Assembly: GCF_001194135.2 (NCBI RefSeq)
Contig: NC_068996.1
Coordinates: 53,828,839 to 53,868,524 of the forward strand
Origin: Octopus bimaculoides
Lineage: Eukaryota
DNA: 39,686 nucleotides
Reading direction: 5' to 3'
Shown: one piece after another, positions 19,363-30,779 of the stretch
Layout: every line of letters starts with the position of its first letter
How positions within the stretch are numbered: position 1 is the first letter of the stretch
Position numbers and translations under genes: made by a program
Notes under the pieces: generated by a model
Database searches by the model: none
Told to the model about the DNA's origin: nothing
What the model saw: only the letters and a program-made list of their open reading frames with translations

Positions 19363-20381
19363 ATACATATATTACACGTACATACATTATATACATGCAT
19401 ACAAACATGTGCACATACATACATACATACATGCATACATACATACATGCATACATCATATACATGCATACAAACATACATGTGTACATGCATACATACA
19501 TATGTTATACACACACAGATACATACACACCTATTTATGTAAACTTTACTGTAAACTCTTAAGTCAGTACAGTACAGTTTAATTTAAATATTTCCAAGGA
19601 TTTCACATGAAGCACTCTGCTTTGAGTACTTGCTTAATTATAGCAGCAACAACTGTAAGCTAATGAAAGTGATTATGTAACTCCTATTCTTGTGTCATAC
19701 ATTAATTGTGTATTTGTTTGTTTGTGTGTGTGTGCTTGTTTGTATGAGTTTGTATTTCCACTCATTATCACGTGTGTTTGCCGATTGTATACAATGGCCT
19801 TGCTGTTCATGTGGTTAGTGCTGTTTGCTTGCATTCCATCCCAAGATAATGTCTGGGATTCTTACTATGTCTTGACATGCTTTGCAATCTGTGCAAAGAA
19901 AAGACTTATTCATTTGGTGGTGTTTGTTTCCGGTTCTCTACACAATCATATCATCTGAGTTGTTTGTTATTGTTTGATAGACTGGGAAATTAAAACCCCA
20001 CTTGGAAATAGGAAGGGCAACCAGACAGAGTGAAAACTATTCCTTCAATGTGCTCTCACCTGACCTATGCAAGCATAAAAAAGTAGACCGTAGATGATGC
20101 GATGACAATGACAACAACGATGAAGATATGATGAATATTGCAGGAAATCTAAATATATATCATAAATGGTTGGAATTTCATTTGCTGTTTGTAATGCATT
20201 TATCCCTCATTTCTTTGATGAAAAACCATATTCTAAATCTCAGAATATATCTCCATTCATAACACAAAATTATTTTACAAAATTTTATTTCTTTCAGCTG
20301 ACTTTTTTTTATTTTGAATTTTTAGTTTCCCAAGTTTTTCTAGCCTTTATTTATTCTTTTCTTCTTCAATGATGTTTAGAA

Positions 20382-20453
20382 ATGTTTGGTAGATGATCAA
20401 TTAAATCCATGCTATATGTTTGGTAGATGATCAATTAAATCCATGCTATATGT
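20382..20453. repeat. Perfect 34-bp tandem duplication
   Basis: ATGTTTGGTAGATGATCAATTAAATCCATGCTAT at 20382-20415 and 20416-20449. Confidence 0.95.
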
Positions 20454-20472
20454 CTGTATTCTCTTTCTGTAG

Positions 20473-20496
20473 TCGACGGATCAGGATCTGACAATT
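20473..20496 (+). CDS. Candidate 24-nt phase-1 microexon (x-DGSGSDN-x)
   Basis: TGTATTCTCTTTCTGTAG|TCGACGGATCAGGATCTGACAATT|GTAAGT: good acceptor, consensus donor, length divisible by 3, two retained CpGs. Confidence 0.6.
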
Positions 20497-20950
20497 GTAA
20501 GTATCCCAAGATATCTACAACAGTGTTGTTGAATGAAAATAATCACCTGTTAACTTTGCATTTCCGGTTTTTTATTTTTATTTATTTATTTTTTCATTTA
20601 ACATTTGCTGCATCCACATGAATATGCTTCCAAAAACGGATTTATATTAATGAATGTCTTTAAACATAAACCTATGCAGACATCCATCTTATATATTTAT
20701 ATTCATAGTTTATAAATCATTTATAGGTAGGACCAATAAAAAAAGTACTCCTTCCAGGCAGAGATAAATAACATTTAATATACACAACTACAAAAGAACT
20801 ACTAATAGTTTCATGCCTTAAGATACATTAAATTGACAGATTCATATAGATTGCTCAGAGCTACATAGAATGCTTTATAAATCTGACAATTTAATGTGTC
20901 TTTAAGCGTGAAATAATTAGTAACTCTTTTGTAATTGTGTTTATTAGATA

Positions 20951-20997
<47 letters not shown>

Positions 20998-21479
20998 ATA
21001 GATTTAATCAAAAGATTAAATGTGGTACTTAATGTGAATTTTTGTTGCTTATCTTCAAATATAAATATATGTTGTAGAGGAAATTTACTTCAGTCAGTCA
21101 AGACACTGAGCTGAAGTAAGGAGTTTCCTTGCATGCTGATGCATCGATCCCATTAGTCAATCATTTTGAATCCAAAATATCTCTGTATGTTTGTGTTTAC
21201 AAACAAGAGCACAAAAAGTATAGAACACTCAATGCAGAAACAGAGTGAATATTTATTATTGAGGTTATGCATACACACATATATATATACACATATATGT
21301 ATACATACAAGCATGCATACCTGCATTATCTTTCACCCTTTACACATGTACATGCATGCATACACACATACATAAAGGCATGCATGCATGCATACATGCA
21401 TACAAGCACATACGTGCGTACACACTCTGGGGTGGTATCCAGTTTATATACAATATGAAATAATAAGTACAGAATAATA

Positions 21480-21718
21480 TAAAGTCTTTCGTTACTGTAT
21501 TTCTGTTGAAATGCTTTGTGTTTCTTTCAATTAATTTTAAAGATAACAAAGAATTTAGTAAAATAACTTAGTTATCATTCAGCTAGTGTTAGGAACATAA
21601 ATTGTGACTAAAGTTTGGTGGGAGATTTTAATTCAGAACTTATGAAAACAAGACATTTGTACTACAAAGCCTACAGAGCCAGCAGTGATTCCAGGTGGGT
21701 TGGTATCAAAATGGTTAA
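21480..21718 (+). mobile_element. piggyBac-type MITE (TTAA-flanked family)
   Basis: Left end TAAAGTCTTTCGTTAC, right end GGTATCAAAATGGTTAA: degenerate TIRs with TTAA on the right. Body is related to 26574-27037. Confidence 0.7.
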
Positions 21719-22375
21719 TGAACAGGATTTATTCCTCAAATATCAATTTGCCTCAGTCACATTGTTGTGCTGTTCTATAAAGCAATGTATTTAAGTTTGT
21801 TTCTGGAGAAAAGCTTTGTTGTAAGTAACTTTGCAACACTATGAATAATGCTCAATGTGGTTATGGACAAAGGGAAATGATAGCCGGAACTGAAAAAGAA
21901 TGCCACAATGTACTAAACATAATAGAAGGGAAACCCAATTTGAAATAGGTCCACAATGTAAGTTGTTGTGTTGGCTTTTGTAGCAGGGTTTGAGTTCAAT
22001 CCCCAGTAGAAGTAGCAATGGAAAAAACAACAGGAGTTATGACCTAGGGGGACCTGATTTCCTTAGGGTGTCAGAAGTACTACTAACAAGTCAAAGCACC
22101 TGTTTAATGGGAGTTCTTCCTCTGAAGGTTTCCCATACTGTTTGCTCACCCTGTAGTGAGGGTTCTACTCCCGGCACTTATCATTATTCTTTGTTATTGT
22201 TTCAGATAATAGAAACATTGTATCCAAAATTCTTGACTAAGATTTCAATGACAACATTGATTTCATTTCCTTTGTATGAGAATATTTAATCTTCAGCAAA
22301 TTAATGCATGGAACTGAATGCTTTATTTTGATTAAGCTAGACAAATTCTTCAAAAGCCATTACTTCTACTGATTA

Positions 22376-22589
22376 CAGTAATCCCTCGACTATCACACGT
22401 GTTACGTTTCAAAGCCCCCCACCCCGGCGATAGGTGAAAATCCGCGTAGTAGAAACAGTACTGTATATCTATTTTTATTATTTTTATAATTTGTATATAT
22501 TTATTTTATTATAAATACAAAACAACACCACAGAGGAATCGACGTAAACTTAAATAATAAACCGCGATGGGTGAACCGCGATATGACGA
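22376..22589 (+). mobile_element. Tc1/pogo (Tigger-like) MITE, right TIR truncated
   Basis: TA|CAGTAATCCCTCGACTATC at left; CCGCGATATGACGA at right is a partial inverted match; CpG-rich ends. Confidence 0.7.
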
Positions 22590-22837
22590 ACAGTTTGATC
22601 CAAGGGAGGTAATTTAAGTTATATCTGGGCAATCTTAAGATCAGAATTATTTAAAATTTATGAAGAATGTTGGCATTTACTGTATGGGACATTTTAGAGT
22701 TGTATTGCCAACAGTGCTGAGTTTTTGCCCTTGTCCACTGTAGTTGTTTCTGGAGCGACGTTTTAGTGATGGCCACTCACCATGTGAGTCCATACAACAT
22801 GATGCTGTTAGGAAAACAATATACATCAATCATAGTG

Positions 22838-23140
22838 TGAAGTGTATGGTTAAGAAGTTTGCTTTACAAACCATGAGATCCCAGATCAAATCCCATTGCA
22901 GGACATTTTGGACAGATGTTTTACCAGAGTTTTGGGTTGACCCAAGACTTAAGAATGAAAATTTGGAAGATGGAAGCAGTTCAAAAGCCCACTGAATGGA
23001 AAGTACTTCTAATTGAAAACTCTGTCCTTGTCACACACTGTTACATTTAACCTGCCAGAGAATCACATAAAGGTGTACCTGCTTCTAGAATACTCAGCCA
23101 CATCACACATTAATTCATGTGTAGATAAGTATCCAATTGA
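22838..23140 (+). mobile_element. Old SINE: family A-like head joined to family D-like tail
   Basis: GGTTAAGAAGTTTGCTTTACAAACC...TTGGGTTGACCCAAGAC, then ...ACTCAGCCACATCACACATTAATT. Confidence 0.5.
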
Positions 23141-23150
23141 TAATCTAGAC

Positions 23151-23485
23151 CAGTAGTTCTCAACTGGGTCCATATAAGATTTGGTGGTGGTGGGGGTCCA
23201 TGCAAACAAAATAGTAAATTGGGGCTCTACAATAATATTTTAAGGGCTCCGGAACAAATTTCACTTTAGATGTATGTATTGGTATTTATTGCAAGAAACA
23301 GCTAGGTTTCTTTCTTTAACATTTTCCATAGTTCAACCTACAGAAGGGAACGTTTGAAAACAAAATAGCAATTTTGAAAGAAATTTCTATAAAACTAGAT
23401 TTTAAACATCAAATAGTTATGGGGTCCACCAGAATAAAATAGTAATCAAAGGGGTCCAGAGATGAAAAATGGTTGAGAACCCCTG
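23151..23485 (+). mobile_element. hAT-Charlie-type MITE, complete
   Basis: TIRs CAGTAGTTCTCAAC / GTTGAGAACCCCTG; 8-nt flanks ATCTAGAC and CTTTAGAT match 5/8 with the NTCTAGAN-type core. Confidence 0.85.
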
Positions 23486-23673
23486 CTTTAGATGCTCATA
23501 AAGGAAAATTCACAGGAAATCCTATTACATACTTATACACATATACATTAATACATACATCAAAAAGAAAAGAAAAACGACAAAGTTCTTTCCTAAGTTT
23601 TATAAAATTGGTTTCCTAGATTCTGGGGATTTGAATATTCCCCAAATGAATGGGATTCTGGTACAATACATTG

Positions 23674-23820
23674 TTACTCCTTTTTACCAGCTGAGTGGAC
23701 TAGAGCAACGTGAAATGAAGCATCTTCCTCAAGGACACAGTGCATTACCTTGTCTGGGAATCGAAACCATGGTTTTACAATCATGAGTCCAACACCCTAA
23801 CCACATATCCACATGCCTCC
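23674..23820 (-). mobile_element. SINE family D (tRNA head plus CORE-like block)
   Basis: Minus: GGAGGCATGTGGATATGTGGTTAGGGTGTTGGACTCATG...GGTTTCGATTCCC...GTGTCCTTGAGGAAGATGCTTCATTTCACGTTGCTC. Confidence 0.8.
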
Positions 23821-24274
23821 ACGTAATACAAACATGCACATAAACATGCATGCATTCATATATACACATACAAATAGCTATATCTATTTGTCTGTCTTTA
23901 TATATTTGTTTATACAAAATTCATACATTCATGTCTGTATATATATATATATATACACATACAAACATAATTCTACACACATATACACATACACACAATA
24001 AGTAAGACATTGTTTCTTGGACCAGAATACAAATATTTCATTAAAAATTAGTGAGTAAAACAAGATTTATAGTCAACCATTTCAAAATTTACTAAAATTA
24101 TATTGGTTGTAATCAGTGGTGCACTTGGTTATATTGCTAACTGTGCAAGTGTTTGATGGTTGTCTCTTGTAGTCCAAGAAAAATGGTTCTGCAATTTCTT
24201 TCTAAATGACCCACAAAAATGATTCGTTTATAATGATCAAATGTATGTGTTTTACATTAAACTCACTCCTGCCA

Positions 24275-24467
24275 TTAAATTTGACATTACCTGAACAAGT
24301 GCCCAGTGCATGGTGTACTACACGTCAGGCATCAAAGTGATAGCAGAGTGAAGTGAAATGAAGAGTTTTGTTCAAGAACACAGCACATTGCCCAGTTCAG
24401 GAAGTGAAACCATGATCTTATGATAGTGTGTGCAACACTTGAACCACTATGTCATGAACCTTCACAA
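24275..24467 (-). mobile_element. Diverged SINE family D-like copy
   Basis: GTGAAATGAAGAGTTTTGTTCAAGAACACAGCAC...GAAACCATGATCTTATGAT parallels 23710-23790. Confidence 0.6.
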
Positions 24468-25200
24468 ACTGTAGAAGTAATAATCTGGTAAAGCTAACGG
24501 TTTTAGACAATGAAGAGATCCTCTAACATGTATTCTACAAATTTAGTCTATAAACAGTGGAAATATGCAAAAGTTTTTCTAAGATTTAACTGTAGGTGCC
24601 AACTATGGTTAGCATTTAGGTTCTTGTGGTCTAACTCAAAGTTACATCTTTCATGGAAACAATCCATTCTTTACTGCAAGAACTCAAAGAATTAAAAAAA
24701 AACAAAACAAAACAAACATATTTATGCAAACACCTTACAATCACACTCACATTTACGCACGCATGCACGCACACATGCACACACACACATTGCATGAAAT
24801 AAGTTATTTCTCCATGCATTGAAAAACGATGATATATAATTTAACTCTATAACCAGTTATATTGAGTGTTTGCAACTTTGATATATATATAACTTGTTTG
24901 TGTGTGTGTATTTATATGTGTTAGCATGTATGTGTATATTTTTCCAAATGTATATATATATATGTGTGTATATGAATGTACACATATAGAAGAATGTATG
25001 TGTGCATGCATGTATGTATGCGTTTTTACAGCTATATGTACCTTTGTTCTAACAACACCAGAAGCAAATGAAGATTTGATGTTTCATCTACTTACATCTT
25101 CAATTAAGAAATGTTTGCATGGCTGAAAGCATGTCTACAACAGATGCATGGCAGCAAATAGAAAGTTATACTTTCAATAGAGAAAAGCTATGGTGATGTT

Positions 25201-25260
25201 ACTCTTTACTCTTTTACTTGTTTCAGTCATTTGACTGCGGCCATGCTGGAGCACCGCCTT
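25201..25260 (-). mobile_element. SINE family A, tail-only fragment
   Basis: CTCTTTTACTTGTTTCAGTCATTTGACTGCGGCCATGCTGGAGCACCGCC is the reverse complement of the 1588-1638 region. Confidence 0.85.
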
Positions 25261-25617
25261 TTGTTATCTGTTTGCATGGCTATCTTCTCTGATGATGATA
25301 AATGAAGAATAATCAATATAAAACAGATATGGAGAGGATGAATGGGAAGTTTGAATGTGGAAAAGTTAAGGAGGCATGGATTATTGTTGTTGCAGTTGTT
25401 TAATTTCAATAAGCAATGCAATGTTTAGATCCTGAACTCCCAATGGGCCATGCTTCTGTCTGCTATGCAAACCATGATGAAACCTCTGGTATACATTTGT
25501 TGGTTACATCTTGTGTTCTTGTCCTGCTCTATTTTTTAAACGCAGTCTGGTTATCTGTGTTTGATGGACATAGTTTAGTGTTGAGATATGATTATAATAA
25601 TAATAATAATAATAATG

Positions 25618-26540
25618 AAATTATTGTGTATAGTGCTCAGGTGCACTGCAACTCATCAAAGGTGTTATGTACAGTAGATAGAATTATGTAGAAAAGTCAG
25701 GAAAGGGAACAGTGTATGAGTTATGATATACAGGTGTGCATGCGTATGGAGGGGGAAAGGGAGATATCAGGTGTAGTGTTGGCGAATTTCAGGAAGCATG
25801 AAGGTTTTGAAGGTTTTATTAATCTTAAAGGTTTTAATAGTCTTGAAGTCTTGGTTCTTGACTGCTGTGGATATTTGTGTGTGTGTGTTTGCATGAAGAA
25901 GATAATTGCAAAGGAGATCAGCGTATATTTATTAGCCTAATGAGAAACTGTAGTTTATAGATGGATTGAGGATTAAAGGGACTACTTATAATTAGAATGA
26001 TTTAATTTTTAGTTTGAATTTTTAATGTGTGTCAGAAAAAAATTGTGAGGGTAGATTTAGTTCAAGGAGATATAGTTCTGATTAGGGATGGTCAGATTAG
26101 GAAGAAAATCCATGACAAAGTAATGCTGTAAAAAATACATGGTTTTGTTTGACAAGAAAGGATCTAATAAATAATCCAGTTAGTTTTAAGTACTCAGTAA
26201 GGATAGCAATTATCAATATGTAATTAAATGGAAGTAGAATTACCTGTAAGGTAGGTGGGAAGGGTGTAGGGTTAGGGTTAGGTGTGATTAGAAGTTGAAC
26301 TGCAAATATTTTGACTTTGAATTAATTTTAAAAGAGAAAGTTTTAAAGAAATGGGCCTGAAATTTAAAATTATTTAACTTGTTATTAAGGGAAAGAAATG
26401 CTAGCAGATCTGTCCATTTGTAGAGGAAGTTTATTGCCATAAGAGCAGGGTCAAAGACATAATATATGGAAATGGTAGCAGTTAGTTTTGGTGAATAGTT
26501 TGGTGTGAGATTGAAATGGGGAAAACAAGGAAGGGCTAGA
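25618..26540 (-). mobile_element. Degenerate L2-like LINE 3' portion with short-repeat tail
   Basis: Minus ORF end ...FMLPEIRQHYT* (stop about 25767), a 3' UTR ending GTTGCAGTGCACCTGAGCACTATACACAATAATTTC, then (ATT)n. The clade call is from recall; the 5' boundary is uncertain. Confidence 0.55.
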
Positions 26541-26573
26541 ATCATAAATATAGCAAGGCATCGTAATTGTCAG

Positions 26574-27037
26574 TTAAACCTTTTGATGCTATATTTTTGG
26601 TTTTAAATACACCTTTTATATTTTGATTAATTAAAAAAATCACAATGGTACAGGAAAAAAATTTTTGTCATTATCCAGTTAGTACCTAAGGTAGCATGTT
26701 GGCAGAGCTATTAGCAAACTGGAGAAAGTGCTTAGTGGCATTTTGTTCATCTCTATGGTTAACGTTCATATTCTGCCAAGATTGACTTTGCCTTTCATCC
26801 CATTGAGATTGATAAAACAAGCACCTGTCAAGTACTGGTGTTGATGAAATCAACTGGCCATCTTTCACAAAATTTCAGACCATGTGTCAATGGTAGAAAG
26901 AATTACTGTGCTAGCATTTAGAACATAAATTTACATGAAATTTTAATCGGAAATATTAAGCAAGGAGACTTTAAAATGGAAAGTCTGTTCCACAGAACCA
27001 ATGGTAGTTTCAGGCAGGTTGGTATCAAATGAATTAA
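26574..27037 (+). mobile_element. piggyBac-type MITE interrupted by a SINE C
   Basis: TTAAACCTTTTGATGC ... GTATCAAATGAATTAA: TTAA at both ends with inverted similarity. Body halves 26574-26676 and 26905-27037 are related to 21480-21718. Confidence 0.7.
26689..26904 (+). mobile_element. SINE family C (diverged), nested in the MITE
   Basis: TTGGCAGAGCTATTAGC...GATTGACTTTGCCTTTCATCCC...AAGTACTGGTGTTGAT...GGTAGAAAGAATTA. Confidence 0.75.
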
Positions 27038-27584
27038 AGAGCAGTTTTTATGAAGGATATACAATGCTTTAATGTTGATTCTTTATTAACATATTTAAAT
27101 CAATGTCTACAGTTCCACATGAATGAATTTATTATGTGCATGGCTGCACGCAGCTTATTCTGTCACTGGCAAACATAACTTTCTTCTCTGAGCTGTTCTA
27201 TTCACAATTACGATATTCATTTCCTTCACCTTTTTCCTTGGACACAGCTGCATCTGGAACCAATATAATAGCACTCATTACATGAAATAACCACATTTCT
27301 TGTGAAAATATCACAAACATTATTCTCCGTAATATTAACTTGGATTTTGAGTTTCTTGGATGGTTTTTATAATTCAAACTTTTGCTTACTGCGATGCAAT
27401 GCATGGCAAGAATAATTCTATTTTTATATTATGAAATTATATTGATGTAGATACATATTGCCTTATAATCTCAATGATTTCAATGTTATTTACAGTAATC
27501 AATATATTTTCATTTGTATTCAAATACTATTGCTATTATTTTTAAAAATTATTTTTTTTCCCTATCAAAATCAGAATTAAAATA

Positions 27585-27893
27585 CATACACACACACACA
27601 CATGCGTATACACACACGTGGACAAACGCATGCATGGACAAACACGCACACAAGGACAAACACACGCACATGGACAAACACATACACATGGACAAACACA
27701 CACAAATGGGCAAATACATACACGTGGACACACACAAGTGCACACACACACACACACACAAGTGCACACACACACACGCACACATGTGCACAAACAGACA
27801 GACATGTACACACATACATGCACACAACACACACACATACATGCACACAACACACACACACATGTGCACACAACACACACACATGTGCACACA

Positions 27894-27925
<32 letters not shown>

Positions 27926-27952
27926 GCACACAGCACACAACACACACACATG
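27585..27952. repeat. (CA)n-derived compound minisatellite including an 18-bp higher-order unit
   Basis: CATGGACAAACACACACA-like units at 27617-27738, then CATGTGCACACAACACACACA-like units. Confidence 0.9.
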
Positions 27953-28256
27953 AGTATATTTACAATCACTGGGTTGTAAGTTTCCCCACATGCTCTGAAT
28001 GAAACATTCAGCTCTTGATTAGCTTTGCAACTTCTGCTGATTAAAACTATAAAAAAAAGTGTATACTCATGCTTTGAGATCTACATTTCCTATTTGTCTC
28101 ACCAAACCTATGTCTGTCTGTCTGCTCCTTGCAGAGCTTATCCTCTTTGTGTGCGTGTAATTGCTGTTCCTTAGCGTGAGGTCATAAACGGCTTTTGAGC
28201 CCCGAAAGTCATTTAAAGAGCTGATAACAAATATTGCAGCAATGTCTCTCTTTCAG

Positions 28257-28535
28257 TATTGGCTCCCTTTCCTGCTTTTGTTTAATAGGAATGTTCAACT
28301 GCCATTTCAATCAGCCACATGACTTGCAGGTTTTTTGGCAAACATGGTATAATTCATACACACACACACATTTCAGTGTTTGTATGCATTATCTGATTTA
28401 ATTTTGAATGTTTCTGCTCTTGCAGTGTTAGTGAAAAGACTTTCTACTTCTGGGATAGATATTGGCTCCCTTTCCTGCTTGTTTAATAGGAATGTTCAAC
28501 TGCCATTTCAATCAGCCACATGACTTGCAGGTTTT
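28257..28535 (+). repeat. Near-identical ~77-bp direct duplication (28257-28334 and 28460-28535)
   Basis: TATTGGCTCCCTTTCCTGCTT(TT)GTTTAATAGGAATGTTCAACTGCCATTTCAATCAGCCACATGACTTGCAGGTTTT; the copies differ by a 2-nt indel. Confidence 0.95.
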
Positions 28536-28584
28536 ATATATGTATTTATGTGTACACACACACATCCACATGTATGCGTGTGTG

Positions 28585-28641
<57 letters not shown>

Positions 28642-28970
28642 TGAGACTTAGTTCCTGCTTGCTTTGTGAGATGCCTATGACAGTAAGCTTTAGCCAGTCT
28701 GTTTGGCCGATTGCAGTTTCCTCCACTCCAGTTGAACAGGTCTTCATGCAATTATTGTTTTGCCTAGAATGGCCAGCACTAGTTGATCTCTTTCTGACTT
28801 CTTTCATTTGGTGTTCACATCAATGCAGTCTTTGCATACAAGGTGACCAGCAGGTGCAAAATGTGACCTGCAACTGTTGCGACTCCGGATTTACTGTGTG
28901 GAAGGATTAACTTGTATCTAATATATATATATATATATAAGTGTATGTATGTATGTATGTATGTATGTAT

Positions 28971-29723
28971 ATCAATCAGTTTCATTTCTATATTTCTTGT
29001 TAATAGAGAAAGAGCCGGACTCTAACATAGATTCAAGGCTCCTTCATTGGAACTTTTATCAACATCATCTAGGTATTTGTGCATATGTGTGTGTGTGCAG
29101 TATTTGGTGTTAGTGTATGCGCAGATTTGTATGTTTGTTTTATGGATGCGTTTTTATGTCTAGATGCATGCATATGTATTTATGTGCTAAATTTTTGGAA
29201 AGTTTTACATATCTTTACAGTTCCATTGATGGCTTGAATCTGTAGTCTTTTAATCAGCCTTTTTCTTTCAGGTTTTGAGAACCCTAATTTTTCCAGGTTT
29301 TTGTTGAGGCAGTTTGTTACATATCCCAATGCTCCAACAATCACGGGTATGAATCTCAACTTNNNNNNNNNNNNNNNNNNNNNNNNNNNNNNNNNNNNNN
29401 NNNNNNNNNNNNNNNNNNNNNNNNNNNNNNNNNNNNNNNNNNNNNNNNNNNNNNNNNNNNNNNNNNNNNNNNNNNNNNNNNNNNNNNNNNNNNNNNNNNN
29501 NNNTGGGACATTCCACCAATACTCTTTCATATTGTGAGTGGTAATGGCTTCTACTTCATTATGGGTTTTCATCTCCTTAGCCCCGGGGTTATCCTGTCGG
29601 CGGATTTCATTGTACAGTGTCTTGGCCACAACATCATGTCTCATAGGTAGGTAATACCGTGATGACATTTTTGGACAACTGCTAATGATGTGGGTGATAT
29701 CTTCGATACTGATTCCACAGAGT
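28971..29723 (-). mobile_element. 5'-truncated R4/Dong-clade retrotransposon (CCHC finger, RHD motif, RLE tail, 3' UTR); contains N-gap
   Basis: Uninterrupted minus frame LCGISIEDITHIISSCPKMSSRYYLPMRHDVVAK...EYWWNVP[gap]KLRFIPVIVGALG...QIQAINGTVKICKTFQKFST*, stop at 29180-29182. Confidence 0.85.
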
Positions 29724-29817
29724 GTATATATGTATGTATGTATGTGTGTATTTTTGTGTGTATCTATGTATGTGTGTGTGTATGTACAGGTGTTATGTAT
29801 GTATGTATGTATGTATG

Positions 29818-29854
<37 letters not shown>

Positions 29855-30005
29855 TTGTGTAGTAAAAAGCTTGCTTCTCAACCACATGGTTCTGGGTTCA
29901 GTGCCTCTGTGTGGCATCATGGGCAAGTGTCTTGCACGATAGCCTCGGGCTGAGCAAAGCTTTGTGAGTGGATTTTCCAGGCGAAAACTGAAAAGGAGCC
30001 TTTTG
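29855..30005 (+). mobile_element. SINE family A, head-only copy
   Basis: AAGCTTGCTTCTCAACCACATGGTTCTGGGTTCAG...GGGCAAGTGTCTT...GTGAGTGGATTT...AAAACTGAAAAGGAGCC, then (TA)n. Confidence 0.85.
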
Positions 30006-30027
30006 TATATATATAAAGAAAAGAAGC

Positions 30028-30063
<36 letters not shown>

Positions 30064-30534
30064 TAATAATTGTGATAATAATATTAGGGGTAAAAATCCA
30101 AATTTACACGGAAAAATTCAATTTAATTTGATTTATCATAATTAAAATTAAATCAAATTTCACAATATATAATATATAAATATATAATTTAGAGAAACAA
30201 ACCACAATTATTGAATTCATCCATGAAAATCCACAGTCACACACATATATATATATGTATATATATATATATATGTATANNNNNNNNNNNNNNNNNNNNN
30301 NNNNNNNNNNNNNNNNNNNNNNNNNNNNNNNNNNNNNNNNNNNNNNNNNNNNNNNNNNNNNNNNNNNNNNNNNNNNNNNNNNNNNNNNNNNNNNNNNNNN
30401 NNNNNNNNNNNNNNNNNNNNNNNNNNNNNNNNNNNNNNNNNNNNNNNNNNNNNNNNNNNNNNNNNNNNNNNNNNNNNNNNNNNNNNNNNNNNNNNNNNNN
30501 NNNNNNNNNNNNNNNNNNNNNNNNNNNNNNNNNN

Positions 30535-30730
30535 CCCTCATGCGGGTGACATGTAAAAGCACCCACTACACTCTCTGAGTGGTTGGCGTTAGGAAGTGCA
30601 TCCAGCTGTAGAAACTCTGCCAAATTAGATTGGAGCCTGGTGTTGCCATCCGGTTTCACCAGTCCTCAGTCAAATCATCCAACCCATGCTAGCATGGAAA
30701 GCGGACGTTAAACGATGATGATGATGATGA

Positions 30731-30733
<3 letters not shown>
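30535..30733 (+). mobile_element. SINE family B (5' end lies in the gap)
   Basis: ATGTAAAAGCACCCACTACACTCTCTGAGTGGTTGGCGTTAGGAAGTGCATCCAGCTGTAGAAAC...GCGGACGTTAAAC(GAT)n. Confidence 0.9.

Positions 30734-30779
<46 letters not shown>

Noticed and set aside
26267-26283. Interstitial telomeric TTAGGG
   Set aside because: Only about two units, inside a decayed LINE.
29724-30064. N-terminal part of the 294-aa ORF 29180-30064
   Set aside because: Chance read-through from microsatellite and SINE A sequence into the R4/Dong frame; not part of the element.
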